Below are positions 9,107 through 15,545 of a DNA stretch of 32,000 nt, piece by piece. The notes under the pieces were generated by a model that saw only the letters and a program-made list of their open reading frames with translations, made no database searches and was not told the origin of the DNA. Every line of letters starts with the position of its first letter. The stretch's first letter is position 1. Origin of the DNA: Candidatus Babelota bacterium (GTDB taxonomy: Bacteria; Babelota; Babeliae; Babelales; Vermiphilaceae); contig JBDHVY010000001.1 of the NCBI GenBank assembly GCA_039809905.1, positions 1 through 32,000 on the forward strand, in the 5' to 3' direction. Position numbers and translations under genes: made by a program.

Positions 9107-9134
9107 AAAGAGGCCTGCATATGCAGGCCTCTTT
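9107..9134. terminator. Intrinsic terminator, perfect 28-nt palindrome
   Basis: AAAGAGGCCTGCAT|ATGCAGGCCTCTTT followed by a T-run, after the stop at 9080. Confidence 0.85.
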
Positions 9135-9204
9135 TTTGTTGCTGAAAGCTTTTCATAATATAGCAAGAATCATCAAGATAACCTTGTCTATTTTTTGTGT
9201 TTTT

Positions 9205-9330
9205 GCGCTCGCCCTTCAACGAGTTCCTACTTCGCCAAGGCTACGTCGGACACGTCAGAGCGAGCGCGGGATAAGACTTAAATCGGGTAATTTTAGCGGT
9301 GTACGCTATAGCACGAAAGCTATGTTTCTT
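9205..9330. repeat. GC-rich intergenic island with terminal inverted repeat, possible dispersed repeat element
   Basis: GCGCTCGC (9205..9212) and GCGAGCGC (9260..9267) flank a markedly GC-rich core (CTACTTCGCCAAGGCTACGTCGGACACGTCAGA) in an AT-rich intergenic region. Confidence 0.4.
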
Positions 9331-9430
9331 TTTGACAATATTAATTTGATTTTGTATTATTTTATTATAAACAATTAATTATAAATAGTTTATATTTGTA
9401 AAATCAAATCTAAAATTGAGAGGTTGCGCC

Positions 9431-9688
9431 ATGAACACATTAACTAAAATGACCATCGGATTATTGATATTTTATACGGCAGGATTCTTTGCAATGGATC
9501 GAGCTAATAATGCACTTAATCAATACAATGAACGAGTAAATAAAAGAGCATTTTTTGTTCAAAGAGCTATGAATACCATTAACAATCAAAATGAATCCAG
9601 AGAAAAACAAGGATTACCACGTCTTACTCCAGAAGAGATGTGCGTTATTTTTGAAACGCGAGAAAGCGATTCTGAAAAGCAAATCTAA
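9431..9688 (+). CDS. Small secreted/membrane-anchored protein, function unknown
   Basis: MNTLTKMTIGLLIFYTAGFFAMDRANNALNQYNERVNKRAFFVQRAMNTINNQNESREKQGLPRLTPEEMCVIF; ATG at 9431; immediately upstream of a co-oriented secreted protein gene. Confidence 0.6.
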   Translation: MNTLTKMTIGLLIFYTAGFFAMDRANNALNQYNERVNKRAFFVQRAMNTINNQNESREKQGLPRLTPEEMCVIFETRESDSEKQI

Positions 9689-9702
9689 GATAGGACCATA
9701 CT

Positions 9703-10830
9703 ATGAAAAAAATAGCTGCAATAACTTATGCCATTGCCTTGATGGTATGTGTTAATCTCACATGTTCAGAATTAAAGACTTTTAATGCCAAATCAAAAAG
9801 CTCTAATAAACCACTCAGTTTTGCTGAAAAAAAACTAGGTGATCATGCAAAAAGAATGGTTGAAACAACAACATATCAGCATGGCTCTTTTGAACACATT
9901 CGCGATTTAGCAATTTTAAGCGTATTACCTACTCCAATATCACAAGGAATATTGTCTCAACAAAGAAACAATATGCTAACATTTTTGGAAAAAAATGAAA
10001 AACAAGCACTGGAGGGAGTTAAAAATTATTGGGGTTTTGATTCAGCGACATGGTCAAATATTCTAGAAAAAAATAAAAAAGAACATGAATTTAATCTTGC
10101 AGAAATGAGAAAAAATACTGATAATCGAGCTACTTATCACAATCCATCTTTGCCTGCTGCATTCATGGTGGGAGTACAACGCGAATGTCTTCGGTATGGT
10201 TTTAATAAAAACAATTTTAACCTCGGAACAACGGATAATGTGCATGAATTAGCTCATTGCTTTGAACACAAACAGCTTGCGCCAAATATGTATACTCCTG
10301 CAAATGTTAACTTTAACTTACGTTATGCATGGCGTCCCCAAGAATCAATTGATGGCACAGCAACTCATGAATTTACCCACATAATAAAAGGTCATAGCTT
10401 GTTAAGGCAAAATATCGTCTATGGAGGCGGCGAGCAAATGATTAATAATATAAATGAGTACTGGCAACAAAATAAGCCAAGCTTTCTCGTTTTATTTAAT
10501 CCTTTTTATTCTATAGATGAAGACTTGAGAAAATTAGAACAATATTCTACAACGCAAATAGAGAAAATAGAGACTTATTCAGGTTCCTGTGAGGAAATGA
10601 ATCTTACCGCTGCTCAAGAAAAAACTGCCGATACTTATGTAATCTGTATCGATCCGCAAGCAGCAAAAAATGTTCCCTCTATTGTCCAATATTCAGGATA
10701 CACAGACAATCATAATGATATGAAAGTAATACACAGAAATTGGCAAGCAACTAGAGCGATCGAGGCTTCAAAACCATTGCGTCGAGCAATCGGCTCTGCG
10801 TGTGGCCAACAAGAATGTACTATTTTATAG
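9703..10830 (+). CDS. Secreted protein with two HExxH motifs, candidate zinc metallopeptidase
   Basis: Signal-like N-terminus MKKIAAITYAIALMVCVNLTCS; NVHELAHCFEHKQ and GTATHEFTHIIKGHSLLRQ motifs. Confidence 0.7.
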   Translation: MKKIAAITYAIALMVCVNLTCSELKTFNAKSKSSNKPLSFAEKKLGDHAKRMVETTTYQHGSFEHIRDLAILSVLPTPISQGILSQQRNNMLTFLEKNEKQALEGVKNYWGFDSATWSNILEKNKKEHEFNLAEMRKNTDNRATYHNPSLPAAFMVGVQRECLRYGFNKNNFNLGTTDNVHELAHCFEHKQLAPNMYTPANVNFNLRYAWRPQESIDGTATHEFTHIIKGHSLLRQNIVYGGGEQMINNINEYWQQNKPSFLVLFNPFYSIDEDLRKLEQYSTTQIEKIETYSGSCEEMNLTAAQEKTADTYVICIDPQAAKNVPSIVQYSGYTDNHNDMKVIHRNWQATRAIEASKPLRRAIGSACGQQECTIL

Positions 10831-10867
10831 TAATAAATTACGGTAAATCATTTCGATTAAAATTTTA

Positions 10868-10903
10868 GAGGCCTGCTGCTATTAAAGCAGGCTTCTTTTT
10901 TTA
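10868..10903. terminator. Bidirectional terminator between convergent genes
   Basis: AGAGGCCTGCTGCTATTAAAGCAGGCTTCTTTTTTT. Confidence 0.75.
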
Positions 10904-11359
10904 TCTCATTTTTAAATATGGAAAAAGCGATTCAAAGAGAGCAATAACTTCTTTGAGCGCAATTTTATTTTTTACAATAACCATAACAGTATCATCTCCT
11001 GCTATAGTACCCAAAATTAATGATTTTTGCTCATCATGAAGATCATAAGAAACATATTTTTGATCTATAAAATAAGCTAAGCTATTTGCATTACCTGGGT
11101 GAGTATGCAGAATAATCAATCCGGAATCGGAAGCCTTCATATTCAACACAACAGGCAAAGAAAATGAACTAAAATCAATAATCTTATAAACCCCATCGAC
11201 CTTAGCAATATTTAGTTTTTTGAGCTTTCTTGATAAGGTTGCTTGAGGCACATCGCATCCACGCAACTTCAATAACTCCTGTAGATCAGCTTGTTCTCGC
11301 ACTTGTTCATTCTGAATTATATTCATTATATGGTTTTCTACCATCTTTTTTGATTCCAT
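10901..11359 (-). CDS. argR: Arginine repressor ArgR family transcriptional regulator
   Basis: N-terminal winged HTH (HIMNIIQNEQVREQADLQELLKLRGCDVPQATLSRKLKKLNIAKV) and C-terminal oligomerisation/Arg-binding pattern (VVLNMKASDSGLIILHTHPGNANSLAYFID...ILGTIAGDDTVMVIV). Confidence 0.9.
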   Translation of the reverse strand: MESKKMVENHIMNIIQNEQVREQADLQELLKLRGCDVPQATLSRKLKKLNIAKVDGVYKIIDFSSFSLPVVLNMKASDSGLIILHTHPGNANSLAYFIDQKYVSYDLHDEQKSLILGTIAGDDTVMVIVKNKIALKEVIALFESLFPYLKMR

Positions 11360-11394
11360 TTTTTACTTTCTATATTCAAATTAAGCATATATTT

Positions 11395-11408
11395 TGAAAA
11401 TATATTCA
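11395..11408. promoter_or_regulatory. ARG-box-like site overlapping the -10 of the predicted argR promoter
   Basis: TGAAAATATATTCA, 9/10 match to arms of TGAATnnnnATTCA. Confidence 0.6.
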
Positions 11409-11427
11409 AAGCTGATTGACTTGTCAA
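11399..11427 (-). promoter_or_regulatory. Predicted sigma70-type promoter of argR
   Basis: Minus strand: TTGACA - 17 nt - TATATT (-35 at 11427..11422, -10 at 11404..11399). Confidence 0.6.
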
Positions 11428-11444
11428 ATATCTATTGCTATATT
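11416..11444 (+). promoter_or_regulatory. Predicted sigma70-type promoter of the PvcA/Dit1-like gene pair
   Basis: Plus strand: TTGACT (11416..11421) - 17 nt - TATATT (11439..11444). Confidence 0.6.
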
Positions 11445-11451
11445 CATTAAG

Positions 11452-11476
11452 TGAATATTTATTGAATGCGCATTCA
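11452..11476. promoter_or_regulatory. Two overlapping ARG-box-like sites at the predicted transcription start of the plus-strand promoter
   Basis: TGAATATTTATTGA (11452..11465, 9/10) and TGAATGCGCATTCA (11463..11476, perfect palindrome and 10/10 to TGAATnnnnATTCA). Confidence 0.65.
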
Positions 11477-11540
11477 TTTTAGATAAAAACACGATTTTTT
11501 AACAATATCATCTAAATTCTGATCAATTATAAGGATTATA

Positions 11541-12707
11541 ATGAAATTTTATATAAAAGTTATGGCGATCCTTGGAGCTCTAACTATCTATAACAGCAAC
11601 TATTCGAGTGAATTACCTGGTTTTATTCAAAAATATCATAGCTCTATTCCGTCTCTCGAATATGATTCAAATAAAAGCTTTTCTCCAAAAGATCAGGCTT
11701 CCATTATTGGAAACTATCTTTGTAAGTTTATTCCACAAATCAAAACTTTATCCTTGAATGGGCATGATAAATTAGAAAACAAACTTGAATATCTGATCAC
11801 TAATCAAAAGCAGATACAGCTTGTTATTTTAGGTTTTCCTTTTAAATCAACTAATCATGAAAAAAAATGTTTGAGCTCAGAAGCTGACTTGGGAGAATAT
11901 TTAGGACTTACTACGCTTAATCAACTTGTGTACAACATTAAATTATTATATCCAAATACCCATTGCGCTATTATCTCAGATGGTCTTGCCTATCATATCA
12001 ATAATTATGATCCTTCTTATGAAGAAATTCATAATTATCATGCAAGAATAAACGATTTAACAACTCATTTTAAAAATGTATCATTTATACCATGGAAAAT
12101 TAACAACAAGTTGGGTTCGTATCAAGAATTACAAGAAGCTGTTGCTGCTGTTCCATTAGAAAATGAGGAAAATAGCGATCAAAAGCGCTATCAAGAAATG
12201 AAAGCTTTTGCTTCTAGTGAATTCAAGTGTACTCATTGGGAAAATTTTTTTCTCAATAAAGCTCTTAATTCATATAATGAAAGACAACAGTTTGAACAAA
12301 AAGAACTAAAGCAAAAAAACAAAGATCAAGCAATCAAAACTGAAAAAAATACTCTCATTGCAGAAAATATGAAGTTGATTATTCCTCAGCTTGTATATAA
12401 AGGAAAACAGTTTTCTACTTTAGTAAGCACGCAGTGGCCTGATTATGATGAATGCATACGTCTTTCTGTGCACTGTGATAAAAATGTTGTTGATGTATCA
12501 ACCAAAATACCCATAAATATTATATATGGACATTCAGGAACACCATGGCATAATGCAATAGTCATTGATAATACTGATACGCAAGTGAAAGGATTTGCTA
12601 AAGATATTTTCAAAAAAAATGATCTCAATCTTTTAGCTAAGTCCAAAAAAACATTTTCGTTAAAAACTCCCGCAGGTATACTACCATTATCATATATTGC
12701 TCATTAA
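11541..12707 (+). CDS. PvcA/Dit1 (isocyanide/isonitrile synthase) family protein, predicted secreted
   Basis: LVILGFPFKSTNHEKKCLSSEADLGEYLGLTTLNQLVYNIKLLYPNTHCAIISDGLAYHINNYDPSYEEIHNYHARIN (F-P-x-K-S-x-N, E, L-x-x-L, Y-x-P, I-x-S-D-G core of the family) plus C-terminal CIRLSVH...GTPWHNAIVI. Hydrophobic N-terminus MKFYIKVMAILGALTIYNSNYSS. Confidence 0.75.
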   Translation: MKFYIKVMAILGALTIYNSNYSSELPGFIQKYHSSIPSLEYDSNKSFSPKDQASIIGNYLCKFIPQIKTLSLNGHDKLENKLEYLITNQKQIQLVILGFPFKSTNHEKKCLSSEADLGEYLGLTTLNQLVYNIKLLYPNTHCAIISDGLAYHINNYDPSYEEIHNYHARINDLTTHFKNVSFIPWKINNKLGSYQELQEAVAAVPLENEENSDQKRYQEMKAFASSEFKCTHWENFFLNKALNSYNERQQFEQKELKQKNKDQAIKTEKNTLIAENMKLIIPQLVYKGKQFSTLVSTQWPDYDECIRLSVHCDKNVVDVSTKIPINIIYGHSGTPWHNAIVIDNTDTQVKGFAKDIFKKNDLNLLAKSKKTFSLKTPAGILPLSYIAH

Positions 12708-12719
12708 TACGGATTTATC

Positions 12720-13739
12720 ATGCACATTAAAAAAATAGTCATTATCTTTACGGTTGTTTGTTTATCATTTTTTTTACAAGAACATTCGTATGTACCAAAA
12801 AATCATGCTTTATGTGATAGCAAAACAATAAAAAATATAGTTAATATTTTTCAACAACATACGTTAACATATGATATTGATAAAAAAAGTGTTAACGATA
12901 CAGATATTGCATTACATATACGCACGATAGATGAATATGCAGAATTATCCAGAAAGCTTGCTTATTTTATCAAAGAAGAAAAACCAATTATTCTTACTAT
13001 GGTAGGATTTCCATATAAGTCATCTAATACACAGGATAAAGTCATATCTTCTTGTGCAGATGCCGCCGAACGATATTCACTGGTCTATCTACAAAATTTC
13101 TTAAACCACATTAAATCCATTTATAAACCTGGTATAAAACTGCGCATTTTTACTGATGGGATAGCATTTTGCGATATAGAACAGGTGCCAGATGATATTG
13201 TAATGCAATACGAAGATACACTAAAAATCATAACGCAGGATCTTCCTGATATAGAAATATGTACCATGCGTGATTTATGTTCAAAACAATCCCCTATAGA
13301 AATACGAAAAAAAATATCAAACATGTATCCATCTCTTGAAGAATTTCATACTATGCTTGAAAATGATAAAAAGTTACAGGATGACACCAATATTCTTACG
13401 CAAAGAATGGATTTTGAGTTAGCTCTTTTATCATTGAGTGATGAACAAATCGCAAATATTGGATTACAAGAAATGCACAGAAGTCTTCAATATAGCACTT
13501 TTTTGAAACAATTTCGCCCAGAAGAAACTATTTCATGCTCTGTACACTACCAAAAAGATCTTTCCAAAAAAATTGGATTGAAATTATCTGATTCATGCGT
13601 AACTGCATGGCATGGAGTTCTTGTTGAAACAAATGGTAATTTTATTATTGAACACTTAAAAGATATTGATCTATCAAAGTATCAACGAACAGAATGGATG
13701 GTGAATGGCGTATCACTTCCATACTTGAAAAATACATAA
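12720..13739 (+). CDS. Second PvcA/Dit1 (isocyanide synthase) family protein, divergent tandem paralog, predicted secreted
   Basis: IILTMVGFPYKSSNTQDKVISSCADAAERYSLVYLQNFLNHIKSIYKPGIKLRIFTDGIAFCDIEQVPDDIVMQYEDTL plus C-terminal CSVHYQKDLSKKIGLKL...TAWHGVLVE. N-terminus MHIKKIVIIFTVVCLSFFLQEHS. Confidence 0.75.
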   Translation: MHIKKIVIIFTVVCLSFFLQEHSYVPKNHALCDSKTIKNIVNIFQQHTLTYDIDKKSVNDTDIALHIRTIDEYAELSRKLAYFIKEEKPIILTMVGFPYKSSNTQDKVISSCADAAERYSLVYLQNFLNHIKSIYKPGIKLRIFTDGIAFCDIEQVPDDIVMQYEDTLKIITQDLPDIEICTMRDLCSKQSPIEIRKKISNMYPSLEEFHTMLENDKKLQDDTNILTQRMDFELALLSLSDEQIANIGLQEMHRSLQYSTFLKQFRPEETISCSVHYQKDLSKKIGLKLSDSCVTAWHGVLVETNGNFIIEHLKDIDLSKYQRTEWMVNGVSLPYLKNT

Positions 13740-13825
13740 ATATGGTTGCTTTTGAAATTTTTTACATTTTTTTATGGCTTTGCTATAGTAACAGCGAATT
13801 ATACGTCAAACAAAAGGAGTATTGC

Positions 13826-14500
13826 ATGTCTATACAAAAATTATGTCTTTTTCTATCGCTATTTAGCTTATGGACACATCACAGTTATTGCGCTATGAAT
13901 GAGATAGAACCCATTAAAATTGATAATGGATTATTAACAGAAGTACCAAAAATACTTCTTGCTACTAAAGGATATTTCTTCGATGGGGCTCGGCGTGTTA
14001 ATAAGGGTGTTTTGCGAGCAGATACTACATCTACTTTAGCAGAGTTAATGGCTATAAATCGTACAGAAATAGAGTTTGATCCTCTACAAAGAGGCATTCC
14101 CTATCTACTATTTTTTCCTACGGTAGTAAAAGCAATTGATAACAATCTCATAAATCTTGGCTCATATTGTAAAGCAAAACACAAAGAAGCAAAAGAAGCT
14201 TGTCGTCAAAACAAAGCTATTTTTTATCCTTTTCAACAAGGATTAATTATTTATAGTAACCAATTATCAGATTTTAAATTTTTTAGAGAAAAGAAAAAAG
14301 AATTAGAGGATATGGCTCATCACAATTTAGAGCAAAAGTTTCTTGCTTACACTTCTTTATTGCATGTTATTTCTGTTGAACCTGATTTTTCTGTTAAGCC
14401 TAAAAAAGACAATACAACTGTCGAAGAAAATAATGTGAATGCAACAACTAATAGCTTGGCACAAAGCGTTTTGAATTTCTTTGGAATTAACCCGAATTAA
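13826..14500 (+). CDS. Secreted protein of unknown function
   Basis: ATG at 13826 with AAAGGAG Shine-Dalgarno; MSIQKLCLFLSLFSLWTHHSYCAMNEIEPIKIDNGLLTEV...; the upstream in-frame extension to 13694 overlaps the previous gene and is unlikely. Confidence 0.7.
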   Translation: MSIQKLCLFLSLFSLWTHHSYCAMNEIEPIKIDNGLLTEVPKILLATKGYFFDGARRVNKGVLRADTTSTLAELMAINRTEIEFDPLQRGIPYLLFFPTVVKAIDNNLINLGSYCKAKHKEAKEACRQNKAIFYPFQQGLIIYSNQLSDFKFFREKKKELEDMAHHNLEQKFLAYTSLLHVISVEPDFSVKPKKDNTTVEENNVNATTNSLAQSVLNFFGINPN

Positions 14501-14521
14501 AATTTAAATTTTTTCAAAGAT

Positions 14522-14558
14522 AAAAGAAGGGCCTGTAATTTACAGGCCCTTCTTTTAT
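14522..14558. terminator. Intrinsic terminator
   Basis: AAAAGAAGGGCCTGTA ATT TACAGGCCCTTCTTTT. Confidence 0.85.
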
Positions 14559-14647
14559 TGCTATGTAACTATTGGTGATTCATTTTACCTGATTTTTGAA
14601 TACTTCAGAAAAATTAAATTAAACTGTTTACTTTTGCCCTACTTGTA

Positions 14648-14672
14648 AAATATACTCAAATAGAGTATATTT
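14648..14672. promoter_or_regulatory. 10-bp perfect inverted repeat upstream of the first small secreted-protein gene (operator or leader hairpin)
   Basis: AAATATACTC aaata GAGTATATTT, followed by an A-run and GGGAG Shine-Dalgarno. Confidence 0.4.
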
Positions 14673-14698
14673 GTTTAAAAAAAAAAGGGAGACGTGTC

Positions 14699-14989
14699 AT
14701 GAAAAAAATGATACTGATAGCTATTATAGCAGCAACAACTGCTTGCCAGATAGATGCAAAACTGACCCAAGCCGCACTTGCCAAGATAACCAGCACAGAT
14801 TTTGATACAATAATGGGATCTTCTTCAAGAGAAATGTCACAGCAAAGACTGAATAGATCTTGGCGTAATTTTTCATCATATCAAAAAAAGGATATTCTTT
14901 TGCATATGTATGAAGAAGGCGCATTATCTGAAGATGATGTAGTTAATTGGAATCTGAATCAGATACCACAAATCACTATCGGTGGATAA
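14699..14989 (+). CDS. Small secreted protein, tandem paralog A
   Basis: MKKMILIAIIAATTACQIDAK signal sequence; SQQRLNRSWRNFSSYQKKDILLHMYEEGALSEDDVVNWNLNQIPQITIGG nearly identical to paralog B. Confidence 0.85.
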   Translation: MKKMILIAIIAATTACQIDAKLTQAALAKITSTDFDTIMGSSSREMSQQRLNRSWRNFSSYQKKDILLHMYEEGALSEDDVVNWNLNQIPQITIGG

Positions 14990-14996
14990 TATTGAG

Positions 14997-15040
14997 AACA
15001 ATAAAGGATGAGATAATTGATTATCTCATCCTTTATTGTT
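14997..15040. terminator. Terminator-like hairpin, 20-bp perfect stem
   Basis: AACAATAAAGGATGAGATAA TTGA TTATCTCATCCTTTATTGTT. Confidence 0.75.
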
Positions 15041-15138
15041 CTTATCTTACTATCTTTCGACATCTTCTACATAAATTATTAGGATCACCTTTTCCCCGCT
15101 GCATGTTCAACAAAAGTAAACAATTCTTGTAATTCCGT
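15041..15138 (-). pseudogene. Duplicated, decayed fragment of the ileS 3' end
   Basis: CTTATCTTACTATCTTTCGACATCTTCTACATAAATTATTAGGATCAC aligns to 15545..15592 and TTTTCCCCGCTGCATGTTCAACAAAAGTAAACAATTCTTGTAATTCCGT to about 15627..15675 in ileS; about 33 nt (CPRCWQWDITS region) are missing. The minus-strand frame still reads TELQELFTFVEHAAGKR versus ELQGLFARVEHAAGKK in IleRS. Confidence 0.85.
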
Positions 15139-15159
15139 ATAGAGTAAGGGAGACGTATC

Positions 15160-15456
15160 ATGAAAAAAATGATACTGATAGCTATTATAGCAGCAACAAC
15201 TGTCTGCCAAGTACATGCAAAACAGCCACAAAATGTGTTTGAAAACAGAATAAAGACAGATTTTAATGCAATAATGAACTCTTCTGCACGAGAACAAAAA
15301 ATGTCACAACAACGCCTGGATAGATCTTGGCCTTATTTTTCATCGTATCAAAAAAAAGACATTCTTTTGCATATGTATGAAGAAGGCGCATTATCTGAAG
15401 ATGATATAGTTAATTGGGATCTGAATCAGATACCACAATTCACTATTGGTGGATAG
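15160..15456 (+). CDS. Small secreted protein, tandem paralog B
   Basis: MKKMILIAIIAATTVCQVHAKQPQNVFENRIKTDFNAIMNSSAREQKMSQQRLDRSWPYFSSYQKKDILLHMYEEGALSEDDIVNWDLNQIPQFTIGG. Confidence 0.85.
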   Translation: MKKMILIAIIAATTVCQVHAKQPQNVFENRIKTDFNAIMNSSAREQKMSQQRLDRSWPYFSSYQKKDILLHMYEEGALSEDDIVNWDLNQIPQFTIGG

Positions 15457-15501
15457 TATTGTGACTTGGAATGGATTCAGATTATGATTTTTTTAGATAA
15501 T

Positions 15502-15536
15502 AAAAAAAGGATCTGTAGCTTACAGATCCTTTTTTT
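15502..15536. terminator. Bidirectional intrinsic terminator
   Basis: AAAAAAAGGATCTGTA GCT TACAGATCCTTTTTTT between convergent paralog B and ileS. Confidence 0.85.
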
Positions 15537-15545
15537 CATGTTAAT

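Noticed and set aside
9121-9378. ORF 9121..9378 (+)
   Set aside because: Start codon lies inside a terminator stem, no Shine-Dalgarno, and it traverses the GC-rich repeat-like island.
13694-13825. N-terminal extension of the 13694..14500 ORF
   Set aside because: Overlaps the end of the preceding gene; the internal ATG at 13826 has a good Shine-Dalgarno and a signal peptide.
15085-15297. ORF 15085..15297 (-)
   Set aside because: Composite of antisense paralog B and the ileS remnant (TELQELFTFVEHAAGKR); treated as evidence of duplication, not as a gene.
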